Shown one piece after another: positions 9,371-19,982 of a stretch of 64,000 nucleotides of DNA; positions within the stretch are counted from its first letter, which is position 1; each line of letters begins with the position of its first letter. The notes under the pieces are model-generated. The model ran no database searches and was not told where the DNA came from. It saw only the letters and a program-made list of their open reading frames with translations. Source of the stretch: an uncultured delta proteobacterium. Lineage in GTDB: Bacteria > Myxococcota_A > Polyangia > Polyangiales > Houyiibacteriaceae. Location: assembly GCA_963699755.1 (NCBI GenBank), contig CAVOVB010000002.1, positions 800,001 through 864,000 on the forward strand, read 5' to 3'. The translations under genes were made by a program, and so were the position numbers.

Positions 9371-10579
9371 CTACTTCACGCGAACGATGAAGTCATCCTC
9401 GCTGCCGAGGGGCGGACCGGTCAAGACCTCGTCCCATTCGGTTTGTCCGAGCACGTGACGGCGGCCGAAGGCGAGGACATAGGCGGTGAGCACCGGAATC
9501 GCCTCCCGGGTGTCGATGAACTCCGGCCCGCAGCCGTCCTCCGTCGCATCGGGCCGAAAGATGTTGAGCACCGTCGGAGTGAGATCGTGGCAAATGGTGA
9601 TGAAGGTGAAGTGTGCGCCCTTGGGCATCTCCACCCAAAGGTCGTCGGGATGGTCGAGACCCATCCAGGCGGGCTCCGCGTTCTGTTCGTAGGTCGTCGT
9701 TTGGTCGAGACGGCCGGTCATCAGCATCGTGGGAACCTCCAGCTGCGCGAACCCGTCCTCAGCGAGGGAGCCGATGGCCGGCGCCTGAGGCGCCAGGGCA
9801 ACGATGCGCTCGTCGAGGAAGCCGGCGCGGTACGCTGCCTCGACGTCGGGGTTCGCAATCACATCGCAATTCTCGCTCACGACGCCGTCGCAGCCCGCCG
9901 CTAATTCATCGAAGTCTACGCTCGCGCCGCCGACGGCAAAGGTCGTGTAGCCGCCAAAGCTGTGCCCGAAGAGAAACACACTCGAGGTGTCTACTTTGTT
10001 GGCGAGCTCGTCACCGCTGAGGCCTGACTCGAACTCGTCGATGACCGCGCTGATGTCGTTTGGCCGGTCGAGCGCCGAACGCGCGAAGGGATCGAAGCCC
10101 AACAAGAAATCGAAAGCGGTATTGCCGGTGTGGTTAGGCGCCACGAGCACCCAGCCGTGCGACGCCATGAGCTCGCCGTAGGGATAGGTGAGCAAGCTTT
10201 CGCCGGCGTTGCCATGTGAGTGGACGACGAAGGGCAAATCCGCTTCGTCGATCACCGGCGGTCCAGCGAGCGCATATCCAGAGGGCACGACGATCCCTCC
10301 GACCGAGTATTCCGCCGGTGGCGCATCTGAGCCGCTCTGCGCCGGGTACCATACCCGCAAGAGGAGCTCGCGGGGCTCCATCGTAGCGGCTGCACTGTAG
10401 GTCATCGTGATCTCGCGGAAGCCGACCTCGAACGGCCCTTGCTCGAAGAGCTCGTCGGGGTTTGCGACAGCGGTCGTCGAGCCGGAATCGCTGCCGCAAC
10501 CGATGATGGAGCTGAGAAAGACTGCAACCGCGCCGGCGGTCGCGCTAAACGAAGAAAGGGCACGCATACGGGGCCGCAT
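9371..10579 (-). CDS. Alpha/beta hydrolase lipoprotein (dienelactone hydrolase/PAF-acetylhydrolase-like)
   Basis: Lipobox IIGC, VWYPA, HSHG, GHSFGG, AHFTF; start uncertain. Confidence 0.85.
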   Translation of the reverse strand: MRPRMRALSSFSATAGAVAVFLSSIIGCGSDSGSTTAVANPDELFEQGPFEVGFREITMTYSAAATMEPRELLLRVWYPAQSGSDAPPAEYSVGGIVVPSGYALAGPPVIDEADLPFVVHSHGNAGESLLTYPYGELMASHGWVLVAPNHTGNTAFDFLLGFDPFARSALDRPNDISAVIDEFESGLSGDELANKVDTSSVFLFGHSFGGYTTFAVGGASVDFDELAAGCDGVVSENCDVIANPDVEAAYRAGFLDERIVALAPQAPAIGSLAEDGFAQLEVPTMLMTGRLDQTTTYEQNAEPAWMGLDHPDDLWVEMPKGAHFTFITICHDLTPTVLNIFRPDATEDGCGPEFIDTREAIPVLTAYVLAFGRRHVLGQTEWDEVLTGPPLGSEDDFIVRVK

Positions 10580-10714
10580 GATAATGGGAATCGCCCCGGC
10601 ACGCGAGGCAAAGGCTGGCGCGCCCGGATCGAAAGCGAAATTACGCGCGTGGCACTTTTTCTTTGCACCCCGCGAAGGGGAGGGACTAAGAACCACCTGG
10701 AGCTGGAAGAGGGC

Positions 10715-10876
10715 ATGAGTAGCGACAGGGGAAATCTCGTCATGTGTGGTGTCTGCGAAGAGCGCGTGGCCGAGCTGGTGGCTGACGACGGCCGGGTGCT
10801 GTGTAGCGTGTGCAAGCTCGAAGAAATGGGCGAGCGCTCGTGTTCCGAGAAGGACAGCGACTGGCGGGATGCTTAA
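10715..10876 (+). CDS. Small CxxC...CxxC zinc-finger protein (53 aa)
   Basis: MSSDRGNLVMCGVCEERVAELVADDGRVLCSVCKLEE; purine-rich RBS; paralog at 37754-37912. Confidence 0.65.
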   Translation: MSSDRGNLVMCGVCEERVAELVADDGRVLCSVCKLEEMGERSCSEKDSDWRDA

Positions 10877-10877
10877 G

Positions 10878-11582
10878 TTAAGCCCAGCGGGGGAGTCCGT
10901 CGTAGACGACCACTCCGTCGACCAGCTCGATCACACGCTCGCATCGCCGGGCGAGATTCGAATCGTGGGTCACGATCAAGAAGGCCGTCGAGCTCTCTAG
11001 GTTTCGTCGGCGTAGGAGCTCGAAGACTTGGTCGGAGGTCTCGGTGTCGAGGTTTCCGGTCGGCTCGTCGGCCAGCACCAGTGGTGGGTCGTTCATCAGG
11101 GCTCTAGCCACCGCGACGCGCTGCTGCATCCCGCCCGAAAGCTGGCGCGGCCAGGCCTCGGCCCAATCCCCGAGTCCCATCGCATCGAGGAGCCCTCGTG
11201 CCGGTGCCTTCATGCTGGCTTGAAAGCCTCCTCGCGCGGCTGCGCTCGGGAGCATGACATTTTCGATGACACTGAGCCCAGGCAGGAGGTGATGGGATTG
11301 GAAGATGAACCCGAGCTTCTCCCCGCGAAGTGCGGTGAGCGCTCGGTCGTCTAGCTTTTCGACCGCACGGCCTTCAATCGCGATCCGTCCTTTCGTGGGC
11401 CGGTCGAGGAGGCCGATCAGATTGAGCAAGGTGCTCTTGCCGGAGCCCGACGGTCCGACGAGCGCAACGAGCTCGCCGTCGCCGATCGAGAGATCGATGC
11501 CATGGAGAACCTCGGTCGTGACGCCGTCCATGTAGGATTTGCGAACGCCTTCCAAGTGGAGCAATGGGCTCGGGCTGTTCAT
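10878..11582 (-). CDS. ABC transporter ATP-binding protein (LolD/MacB-type)
   Basis: [28 protein letters not shown]. Confidence 0.95.
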   Translation of the reverse strand: MNSPSPLLHLEGVRKSYMDGVTTEVLHGIDLSIGDGELVALVGPSGSGKSTLLNLIGLLDRPTKGRIAIEGRAVEKLDDRALTALRGEKLGFIFQSHHLLPGLSVIENVMLPSAAARGGFQASMKAPARGLLDAMGLGDWAEAWPRQLSGGMQQRVAVARALMNDPPLVLADEPTGNLDTETSDQVFELLRRRNLESSTAFLIVTHDSNLARRCERVIELVDGVVVYDGLPRWA

Positions 11583-12772
11583 TCGTCGCCTCGAATGGCG
11601 GCGGCCGGGTCCAGGTTTGCGGCCCTTCGCGCCGGCAGGTAGGCAGCGAAGATGCCGGTGGCGACGGAAACCATCACCGCGGTGAACAGAAGCCGAGGTG
11701 TCACCGTGATGTCGAAGAGCGCGCTCGACTCGATCAGCTCGCCGGCGACCGCGCCGAGCATCGTTCCGAGCAGGGCGCCGGCGAGACCGAAGAGCAGGCC
11801 TTGGCAGAGGAAGACCGCAAGCACGGTGCGGCGCGAGGTACCGACGGCGCGAAGGATTCCGATTTGACCTCTTCGTTGAACGACGGTGACGCTGAGGACG
11901 CTGGCGATGCCCATGGCCACTGCAAGCAAGACGAAGATCCGAATCATGGTCGTCGAGGCGTCCTGCGAGCGAAGGCCGGTAAGCAGGTCCCGGTTGCGTT
12001 CCATCCAGCTTTCCGTTGGAACGCCGAGTCGGGCTTCGAGCTCTGCTGCGATCCGCTCGGCTTCGTAGACCTCGCTCACGCGGGCCTCGATTTCGGTGAT
12101 GTCGCCCACTCGGTTGAGAAGCGTCTGGGCATTACGTAGGGACATCACCAGCCAGCGCCCGTTGACAACCTCGTTGCCAATATCGAAGACACCCACGATT
12201 CGGAGCAGGCTCTCTCGGTCGCCGCTTCGTACGCGTACCGGATCGCCTACGTGCGCGCCGAGCTTCTGCGCAAGGGTCGTGCCGATGACCGCCTCTTCGC
12301 CACCGAGCCGGTAAGTACCTTCGATGAGGTTTGCTCGAAGGTCGACGATTTGACGCAAACGATCAGCATCGGCGCCGACCACCTCGACCGCTTCCTCGGC
12401 CGCACCTCGGTACGCGAGCGCGGAGCCGGTGACCTTTGGGCAGGTCGCGACCACGCCCTCGGTCGCTTCTACGCGCCGCACGGCTCGCTGCCATTGGTCG
12501 AATGGCCTTCGGCGCGGCTCGGAGGGCTCGACCCGTCGCACGAATGCGACGCCGGGCTCGGCCATGAGCGCACGAGGCGACGCTTCCTCTGGCGCAACCG
12601 TGATGTGCGCCTGGCTGCCGAGCGTTTGCGCGAGCAGGTTGACTTGAAGGCCCTCGATGATGGCAGAGACGAAGACGAAGGCGGCGATTCCAATCGTGAC
12701 GCCGGCGAGGATCAAAAGCGATTGTGTCCGGCCTTCGCGCAAAAATCTCCAAGCGAGCTGGAGCGCGAGCAC
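11579..12772 (-). CDS. ABC transporter permease (FtsX/MacB/LolE family)
   Basis: N-terminal TM, large periplasmic loop, QIGILRAVG, PARRAANLDP. Confidence 0.92.
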   Translation of the reverse strand: MLALQLAWRFLREGRTQSLLILAGVTIGIAAFVFVSAIIEGLQVNLLAQTLGSQAHITVAPEEASPRALMAEPGVAFVRRVEPSEPRRRPFDQWQRAVRRVEATEGVVATCPKVTGSALAYRGAAEEAVEVVGADADRLRQIVDLRANLIEGTYRLGGEEAVIGTTLAQKLGAHVGDPVRVRSGDRESLLRIVGVFDIGNEVVNGRWLVMSLRNAQTLLNRVGDITEIEARVSEVYEAERIAAELEARLGVPTESWMERNRDLLTGLRSQDASTTMIRIFVLLAVAMGIASVLSVTVVQRRGQIGILRAVGTSRRTVLAVFLCQGLLFGLAGALLGTMLGAVAGELIESSALFDITVTPRLLFTAVMVSVATGIFAAYLPARRAANLDPAAAIRGDE

Positions 12773-14022
12773 TAGCCTGCCCCTCTTGCTTCCAGCTCGA
12801 GCGCGGGTCGCGTCTTGCGCACACGAACCGGATCGCCCTCCTCGATGGGAAGCCCTGGCGGAAGCACGCGGTCCTCTTCGCTCAGGCCCGACACGATTTC
12901 GACGAGATCATCGCCTTCGAGCCCAAGCTCGATGTCTCGGCGCCGCGCCTCGCCACCTTCGGCAACCATCAGCCATGGGGCTTCGCCGCCGAGGTCTCGG
13001 ACCAGCCAACTCGGGACCAGCAGTGCGTTCTCGGCGCGCCCCACTTCAATTTCAACGGTCACGGTCATGTCGGGCCGCAAGTCCGACTCGTCATCGATGG
13101 TGAGGTCCACTTCGACGGTGCCGCGGATCGGGTCGACCGACGGGGCGATCCGGTCGATCGAGGCGTCGATGCGCTGGTCTGGAAAGGCTTCGGCGGAAAT
13201 CAGCGCGTGTTGACCGAGTCGCAGCAAAGCGAGGTTGGATTCGTCTGGCTGGATGCGGACTTCCAAGGGCCCGTCCCCTGCAAAGGTCACCAGGGCCTCT
13301 CCGGGCTGAACGACTTCGCCGCGCTCGACGTGTCGTTTGAGGACGACTCCGGGCAAGGGAGCGCGGATCCGGGTCTGTTCGACCGCGACCTGTGCAGCCG
13401 TGAGGCGCGCTTGCGCCCGGGCGAGCGCTGCAGCCGCCACGGCCACGTCGCTTCCTTTGGGCGCGGCCGCCGCCACTTCGAGGGAAGCCGAGATTCGCTT
13501 GCTGCGGGTTTGGTCGCGGTCGCGGCGGGCGCGCTCGAGGCTGAGCTCGCTGACGGCGCCGGTTCCGAAGAGCTTGTCCTGCCGGCGATATTCCGTCTCG
13601 GCTTGTGTGGCTTCGATGCTAGCCTGTCGAAGCGCTTCGACGGCCATTGCCCTGCCGAGGCCTTGCACGCGTGCAAGCCGCGCCTCCGCTTCGGTGACCG
13701 AGGCTTCCGCCTCGGCGAGACTGGCAAGCGCATCTTCATCGGCAAGACGCACCAGTAGCGCGTCGGCCTCGACGCGATCGCCGTCGTCGACCAGCAGCTC
13801 CGCGACCGTCCCGGGGATCATGGCGCCGAGCTTGGACTGGCGGCGTTGAACGACCCGACCGGAGGTCACGATGGTCTGCACCATTGGGCGCCGGACCGCG
13901 GTGAGCGCTTCGACGCGCGGACCCTCGGTTTCGCGGAAGAGCCACCAGGCGCTCCCCGCCAGGACAAGCGCAAGCGGCACAATCCAAAAGAGCTGGAGCC
14001 TGCGGCCCGTCACTGGCTCCAT
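12772..14022 (-). CDS. Efflux periplasmic adaptor (membrane fusion) subunit
   Basis: TM anchor, lipoyl halves (GTVAELLVDDGDRV; IRAPLPGVV), coiled coil; operon with the ABC genes. Confidence 0.9.
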   Translation of the reverse strand: MEPVTGRRLQLFWIVPLALVLAGSAWWLFRETEGPRVEALTAVRRPMVQTIVTSGRVVQRRQSKLGAMIPGTVAELLVDDGDRVEADALLVRLADEDALASLAEAEASVTEAEARLARVQGLGRAMAVEALRQASIEATQAETEYRRQDKLFGTGAVSELSLERARRDRDQTRSKRISASLEVAAAAPKGSDVAVAAAALARAQARLTAAQVAVEQTRIRAPLPGVVLKRHVERGEVVQPGEALVTFAGDGPLEVRIQPDESNLALLRLGQHALISAEAFPDQRIDASIDRIAPSVDPIRGTVEVDLTIDDESDLRPDMTVTVEIEVGRAENALLVPSWLVRDLGGEAPWLMVAEGGEARRRDIELGLEGDDLVEIVSGLSEEDRVLPPGLPIEEGDPVRVRKTRPALELEARGAG

Positions 14023-14070
14023 CTATCGCAAACTCGTCGCCTTGTCAGGTGATGTGGTGCTCGTAGTCGG

Positions 14071-16047
14071 CTACTTGCCCCGCCCGCTGCGGGTCGGCCC
14101 TGCCCGGCGGCCTCCGCGACCGTACGGCGGATTGTGGCTGCGCTCACGTCGACGCTTTTCGTGGATGGAGAGGGCGCCCTTCCCGGATGCCGGCGGAATG
14201 AGGTGCCGGTCGGTGCTGCCGATCAGGTCGCCGCGTTTGGCTTTGATGAGTGCTTCGCGGGCCAGGTCGTGTTGGGCGAGGTCCCAGTATTGAAGGAGCG
14301 CTTTTTGCATCCGCTTTTCGCGTAGGCTCTTGGCGACGTAGACCGGCTCTTGGGTGAATGGGTCGAGGCCGGTGGCGTACATGCTGGTGGCCATGCTCAT
14401 GGGCGTTGGGATGAAGTCCTGCACCTGGCGGGGGCGCAGGCCGCGTTTCTTCAAGTAGAGGGCGAGCTCGATCATCGAGTGCGTCGTCGAGCCTGGGTGC
14501 CCGCTGATGTAATAGGGGACGAGGTGTTGGTCCTTGCCGGTCTTCTGGCTGGCGCAGTCGAACATTTCGGCGAAGCGCTCGTAGCTTTCGGCGCCGGGCT
14601 TTTTCATTTTGTCGAGGACGTCTTCGTCGACGTGCTCGGGGGCGACCGAGAGCTGGCCACCGGTGTGGTGCTCGGCGAGAACCTCGACGAACTCGGGGCT
14701 CAGCTCAGCCAAGTCGTAACGGACGCCCGAAGCGATGAAGGCCTTCTTGATTCCCTTTTCTTTTCGAACTCTGGCGAGCAGCTGCACCAAGGGCCCGTGG
14801 TCGGTGACGAGGTTTTCGCAAACGCCTGGATGCACACAGCTGAGGCGGCGGCAGGCCTTTTCGATGCGCTCGTCTTTGCACTTCATCTGGTACATGTTCG
14901 CGGTCGGGCCACCGACATCGCTGATGACGCCCGCAAAGCCCTCCATGCGGCGGAGCGCGCGCACTTCGCGCAGGACGCTCTCTTCGCTGCGGGACTGAAT
15001 CACCCTCCCCTCGTGCTCGGTGATCGAACAGAAGCTGCAGCCGCCGAAGCAGCCGCGCATGGTGACGATGCTGTGCTTGACCGTTTCGTACGCGGGGATG
15101 GCTTCTTCGTAGGACGGGTGCGGGTAGCGTGTGAAGGGCAAGTCGTAGAGCCCGTCCATGATTTCGGTGCTGAGCGGTTCGGCGGGAGGGTTGAGGTAGA
15201 TGGCCTCGTGACCATGCGGCTGGATGAGCGGGCGGCCGTTGCCCGGGTTGGTTTCTTTTTGAAACGCGCCGCTCATTTCGCTGAAGCGTTCTTTGCTCTC
15301 CTTGATTTCCTCGTAGCTCGGCAAGAACACCGGCATGCCGTCGCGAATGAAACGGCTGGGCTCGATGTCTTCCCACTGGCCTTTGCGCAGAACGTGAGCC
15401 GTGCCGCGGACCTTGCGGAGCCCGTCCAGGGCCTCGCCGGCCGCAAGCCGATCGGCGACCTCCCAGACGGGGCGCTCGCCCATACCGAAGATCAGCATGT
15501 CGGCTTTCGAATCGAGCAAGACGCTGCGGCGGATCGAATCGCTCCAGTAGTCGTAGTGGGCGATGCGGCGGAGGGAAGCCTCGATGCCACCGAGGATGAT
15601 CGGGACGCCTGGGAAGGCCTGCCTGCAGAGGTTGCCGTAGACGATGCTCGCGCGATTGGGGCGCATGTTGGTGCGGCCGCCCGGGGAGTATTGATCTTCG
15701 GAGCGCACCTTCTTTTGGGCGGTCAGCTTGTTGAGCATGCTGTCCAAGTTGCCGCTGGTGATGCCGACGAAGAGCCGGGGCGGCCCCATGCGAAGGACGT
15801 CGGCGGTGTCGTGCCACTTGGGCTGGGCGATCATGCCGACACGGTAGCCACGACCTTCGAGGAAGCGGCCGATGAGGGCGCCACCGAAGGCCGGGTGATC
15901 GACGTAGGCATCGCCATTGACGATGAGGATGTCGAGCTCATCCCAGCCGCGCGCGTTCATTTCTTCGCGTGTGGTGGGCAGGTAGGCGCTCCGGTCCGGC
16001 CGGCTCGAACCCCGCTTGCCTTTTCGCGTGAGGGAGACGAGGGCCAT
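14071..16047 (-). CDS. ygiQ: YgiQ-family radical SAM protein
   Basis: GDAYVDHPAFG, GGIEASLRR, RGCFGGCSFC (CxxxCxxC), QVQDFIPTP. Confidence 0.93.
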   Translation of the reverse strand: MALVSLTRKGKRGSSRPDRSAYLPTTREEMNARGWDELDILIVNGDAYVDHPAFGGALIGRFLEGRGYRVGMIAQPKWHDTADVLRMGPPRLFVGITSGNLDSMLNKLTAQKKVRSEDQYSPGGRTNMRPNRASIVYGNLCRQAFPGVPIILGGIEASLRRIAHYDYWSDSIRRSVLLDSKADMLIFGMGERPVWEVADRLAAGEALDGLRKVRGTAHVLRKGQWEDIEPSRFIRDGMPVFLPSYEEIKESKERFSEMSGAFQKETNPGNGRPLIQPHGHEAIYLNPPAEPLSTEIMDGLYDLPFTRYPHPSYEEAIPAYETVKHSIVTMRGCFGGCSFCSITEHEGRVIQSRSEESVLREVRALRRMEGFAGVISDVGGPTANMYQMKCKDERIEKACRRLSCVHPGVCENLVTDHGPLVQLLARVRKEKGIKKAFIASGVRYDLAELSPEFVEVLAEHHTGGQLSVAPEHVDEDVLDKMKKPGAESYERFAEMFDCASQKTGKDQHLVPYYISGHPGSTTHSMIELALYLKKRGLRPRQVQDFIPTPMSMATSMYATGLDPFTQEPVYVAKSLREKRMQKALLQYWDLAQHDLAREALIKAKRGDLIGSTDRHLIPPASGKGALSIHEKRRRERSHNPPYGRGGRRAGPTRSGRGK

Positions 16048-16090
16048 GGCGCACCTTGCCTACCGACGGCCGGACGCGCAAACGTACGCC

Positions 16091-17389
16091 ATGAAGGACC
16101 CGGAAGAACCTCGCCCCCAGGCCGGAGACCGGGTAACCCTCGAGGTCGAATCGCTCCTGCCGTCGGGCGAAGGGGTCTGTGGACGGACGCGTATCGCGGG
16201 GGCATTTCCGGGGGAACGGGTCGTCGCGCGGGTCGATCACGTCGGCAAGCACGCGACCTTTGCGACGACCTTGGAAGTCAAACGCGGCCGAGTGGGACGG
16301 CGGCTGCCTCCATGCCCTCGTCATGTCGATGCCAAGGACGGGCGCTGCACCGGCTGTGCCTTGATGGCGCTCGAGGAGGTCGATCAGCGGGCGCTTCTTC
16401 GGGAGATGCTGCTTGCACAATACAGGCTCGAGGTTGGTGAGCTGGCCGCGGCGCCAAAGTCGCTCGGCTATCGCTGGAGCGCCAAGCGGATCGCGTTCGG
16501 CGGGCCGGGGAACTTGCGCCTCGGAAGCTTCATGCGGGGCACCAACCGGCCGGCGGACATGGAGGGCTGCCTGGTCGACCATCCGTTGATCGCAGCGGCA
16601 GCGGATGAGCTCGCAGAAGCCGCCCGTGATCTGGGCATCGCGGCGCACGATGAGGAACGGAAGCGACTTGGGCTTCGCGCCGTCTGGTTGCGGACCAATG
16701 CAAGAGAGGTGCTGGCGACGCTGGTCACGAGCGAAGCGAACGAGGACGAGCTCCGGCGGCTGAGCCCTCGGCTCACGCTCTGTGACGGCTTGACGGTGTG
16801 CTTTCATCGTGAGGGTGGCAACGCGCTTCGGGGCGCGGACGCGATGCTGATCCGGGGTCTGGAGGCACTCGATGTGCACGGCACGCAGATCGGTCCGCTC
16901 GGCTTCTTGCAGCCGAATCCAGAGGTCGCGGAGCAGATGTACGATGAGCTCGTCGATGGGATCGAGGGCGGCCGCGTCTTGGACCTCTATGCCGGCTCGG
17001 GCGCGACGACGCGTCGGCTCGGGGCGCTTGCCGGTGAGGTCTTGCCTTGCGAATCTCATCCGGAGGCTGCGCGCAGCCTCGGCGTCGAAGCGGAAACCGC
17101 CGAAGCCTTTCTTGCGCGGCAGACCGATGCACCGGATGCGGTGGTCGCGAACCCTCCTCGAAAGGGACTTGGGACTCTGGTGACCCGCGAGCTGCTTCGG
17201 CTTCTTCCCGCGCGGATTCAGGTGATGGCATGCGGGCCCGCGGGGCTGGCGCAGGACATCGCGGCGCTCGCCGGGGGCTACCGCTTGGAGAGCCTGCGCG
17301 CGTACGACAGCTTGCCGCAGACGCCGCATGTCGAGCTCATCGCCAAGCTGGTCCGGATCAGGAAGATGGATTGCTGCGTCACATTGTGA
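16091..17389 (+). CDS. TRAM-domain RNA (uracil-5) methyltransferase, RlmD/TrmA family
   Basis: Cys cluster CPRH...CTGC, FLQPN, LDLYAGSG, NPPRKG, MACGP, PQTPHVE; alternative start 16046. Confidence 0.85.
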   Translation: MKDPEEPRPQAGDRVTLEVESLLPSGEGVCGRTRIAGAFPGERVVARVDHVGKHATFATTLEVKRGRVGRRLPPCPRHVDAKDGRCTGCALMALEEVDQRALLREMLLAQYRLEVGELAAAPKSLGYRWSAKRIAFGGPGNLRLGSFMRGTNRPADMEGCLVDHPLIAAAADELAEAARDLGIAAHDEERKRLGLRAVWLRTNAREVLATLVTSEANEDELRRLSPRLTLCDGLTVCFHREGGNALRGADAMLIRGLEALDVHGTQIGPLGFLQPNPEVAEQMYDELVDGIEGGRVLDLYAGSGATTRRLGALAGEVLPCESHPEAARSLGVEAETAEAFLARQTDAPDAVVANPPRKGLGTLVTRELLRLLPARIQVMACGPAGLAQDIAALAGGYRLESLRAYDSLPQTPHVELIAKLVRIRKMDCCVTL

Positions 17390-17415
17390 TACATCGCGTT
17401 TATGGATGTATCACA
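17385..17415. repeat. Perfect 11-bp inverted repeat (operator or hairpin)
   Basis: TGTGATACATC-N9-GATGTATCACA. Confidence 0.7.
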
Positions 17416-18979
17416 CCGGCCTTTCGTTCAGCGAAAAACCCAAGGAAATCAAACACCTGATTGGGGCTCCTCTCTTCGGCATTGGCTGGCCGCGATCGAC
17501 GCCGTGTTGCGGGCCGTCGAGGAGACGGTCTGGCGGGTGCGGCGCGAAGCCCTGGACGCGTATGGGGCAGGCCGCAAGGAGTGCTCGGATTGGGCCGGCG
17601 GGTTTCGGGATGCGCAGGGGGCGTTCCAGAGTTGGCAACAGCAGACGGCGCGCCTCGTCGGTATCAGCTGGGTGCTGACAAAGATCGCCGCGGCGTACCG
17701 ATTGCATCTGACGCGGGCCGCATTCGTGAGCCGACGGCGTGCCGCCTCGATGCTCGAGCGGCTGCATTCGAAGAACGCGGAGCGCTTCACCGAAGTCTGC
17801 ATCTCGCACGGCGGGGGCGTTCTCAAAGTAGGCCAGTTGTTGTCCTCGCGTCCCGACCTGATGCCGCGCGTTTGGATCGACGCACTGTCGGTCCTTCAAG
17901 ACAGCGTCCCCGCGGAAGACGAAGCGCGCATGGTCGCGATGCTCGAGGAGGAGATCGGGGGATCGCTCGAAGACGTATTCCTCGATTTCGAGAAGACGCC
18001 GATCGCTTCAGCGAGCATCGGGCAAGTGCACCGTGCGGTGCTCAAGGACGACACGCGGGTCGCGGTCAAGCTACAGAGGCCGTCGATCGATGCGGTCATC
18101 GACCTCGATATGCGGATATTGGCTTCCTTCCTGGACGCGATGAAAGCCTCGTTGCCGCCTGCAGACTACGCAACCATCGTCCGCGAAGTGCGTGCGACGA
18201 TCAGCGCAGAGGTCGATTACGACGCCGAGCGCGCACACACCGCTGCGGTTGGCGACTACCTCGCTACGTTAGAAGGGGTTCGCGCGCCGAGGCCAGTTGG
18301 CGCCCATCAGAGCAGGCAGGTTCTCGTGACCGAATTCATTGCCGGCGAGAAAGTCACCTCCGTCCTCGACCGGCTGGCCGAAGCCCGGGAGGCGGGCGAC
18401 GAAAGCGCCGACAACGAGATCTCACGCTTGGTGAACAAGCTGATTGAAGCGTACGCGCGCCAAATCTTGGACTTCGGGCGATTCCAGGCCGATCCGCACC
18501 CGGGCAATCTCTTGGTCGAGCCTGACGGCGGCTTAGTGATTCTCGATTTCGGATGCACCAAGATCCTCGCACCCGAGGCGCGTCGTGCCTACGCGCGACT
18601 GCTCCAGGCCTTCTTCGTGCAAGACACGCGACGTGTGACACAGATGCTTGAGGAGCTCGGGTTCCGGACGCAAAGCGGGCGCCCGGACACCTTGCTCTGG
18701 TTCGCCGACTTGATGCTCGACGAGTTGCGCTCGGAGGGGAGTGCCCTTCGCCAAGGGGTTTCGAGCGCGGAGATGATCGATGAATGGATCCGGCTTCTGC
18801 GTGCGGTCGAACAAGATCCGGTCGTGCGCGTTCCGGATCATTTCGTGATGATCGGCCGCGTCGTCGCCACGCTTGGCGGACTCATCATGCACTACCGACC
18901 GACCCTTGATATTCAGCGTATCATGCTGCCAGCTCTGATGTCGGCCCTCTCGGGGAGCGAGCCGGGGTTGAGCAGATAG
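17402..18979 (+). CDS. ABC1/AarF/UbiB-family atypical kinase
   Basis: LKVGQLLSSRPD, ASASIGQVH, VAVKLQRP, QADPHPGN, LDFG; start uncertain. Confidence 0.9.
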   Translation: MDVSHRPFVQRKTQGNQTPDWGSSLRHWLAAIDAVLRAVEETVWRVRREALDAYGAGRKECSDWAGGFRDAQGAFQSWQQQTARLVGISWVLTKIAAAYRLHLTRAAFVSRRRAASMLERLHSKNAERFTEVCISHGGGVLKVGQLLSSRPDLMPRVWIDALSVLQDSVPAEDEARMVAMLEEEIGGSLEDVFLDFEKTPIASASIGQVHRAVLKDDTRVAVKLQRPSIDAVIDLDMRILASFLDAMKASLPPADYATIVREVRATISAEVDYDAERAHTAAVGDYLATLEGVRAPRPVGAHQSRQVLVTEFIAGEKVTSVLDRLAEAREAGDESADNEISRLVNKLIEAYARQILDFGRFQADPHPGNLLVEPDGGLVILDFGCTKILAPEARRAYARLLQAFFVQDTRRVTQMLEELGFRTQSGRPDTLLWFADLMLDELRSEGSALRQGVSSAEMIDEWIRLLRAVEQDPVVRVPDHFVMIGRVVATLGGLIMHYRPTLDIQRIMLPALMSALSGSEPGLSR

Positions 18980-19005
18980 CTCGACCGTGGCAGGAGAGCG
19001 ATGCG

Positions 19006-19917
19006 ATGGAGCAGAAGGAGCTCACGATCCATGGGAAGCGCCTGACCTATCGACTGGCTGGCAAAGGCCCGCTGGTGCTTCTGATTCACGGTATGGCCGG
19101 CAGCGCCACGACTTGGAAGCAGGTCATGCCGGCGCTGAGCGAGCGTTTCACCGTGCTGGCCCCGGATCTCTTTGGGCACGGCCAGTCCGACAAGACGAAG
19201 GGCGACTACTCGCTTGGGGCCATGGCCTCTGTGTTGCGCGATCTGGTCGTGGCGTTGGGATACAAGCGCGCCACGGTGGTTGGGCAGTCCTACGGGGGTG
19301 GGATCGCGATGCAGTTTGCATATCAATACCCCGAACGCTGCGAGCGGTTGGTGCTCGTCGATGCGGGCGGGCTTGGCAGCGAAGTCAATCCGCTCCTCCG
19401 GATGCTGACGCTTCCGGGCTCAGAAGCGGTATTGCTCGTGGCCTGCGCGCCACCGGTGCGGCGCGTCGTCGAAGCGATCGGCCGGATCGCGCTCCGGAAG
19501 AAGCTCGAGGGTGCGACGGTGATTCCCGAGCTCTGGCGAAGCTATTCGTCCCTCGGGGACGTCGATGCGCGTCGCGCGTTCCTTCGCACGCTGCGCGCAG
19601 TCATCGACCCGCGCGGTCAATCGGTGAGCGCGAACGACAAGCTCTACCTCGCCGCGGGGATGCCCACGCTCATCATCTGGGGTGAGGAGGATCGCGTCAT
19701 TCCCGTCGAGCATGCCTACCGAGCCCACACGGCCATCGCGGGGAGCTGGCTCGAAATCATCGAAGGCGTGGGACACTATCCACACTGCGAAGCGCCGGAG
19801 CGTTTCGTCACCGCGCTTACGGAATTCATCGAGTCGACTCGGCCCGCCCGAATCAAGGTGTCACGGAGACGAATCCTTCGGCCGCCCTCTGCCTCCGGGG
19901 GCGATTCCAGTAGGTGA
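19006..19917 (+). CDS. Alpha/beta fold hydrolase
   Basis: LIHGMAG, GQSYGG, GHYPHCE; RBS GGAG. Confidence 0.92.
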   Translation: MEQKELTIHGKRLTYRLAGKGPLVLLIHGMAGSATTWKQVMPALSERFTVLAPDLFGHGQSDKTKGDYSLGAMASVLRDLVVALGYKRATVVGQSYGGGIAMQFAYQYPERCERLVLVDAGGLGSEVNPLLRMLTLPGSEAVLLVACAPPVRRVVEAIGRIALRKKLEGATVIPELWRSYSSLGDVDARRAFLRTLRAVIDPRGQSVSANDKLYLAAGMPTLIIWGEEDRVIPVEHAYRAHTAIAGSWLEIIEGVGHYPHCEAPERFVTALTEFIESTRPARIKVSRRRILRPPSASGGDSSR

Positions 19918-19982
19918 TGGGTCACGCTTGGTTGAATCTCGTTTTGGCTGGTCGTAGGCTGGCAGTCTGGCCGGGTACTCTC

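Noticed and set aside
10650..10667. sigma54 promoter TGGCACTTTTTCTTTGCA
   Set aside because: GG-to-GC spacing is 12 rather than the required 10.
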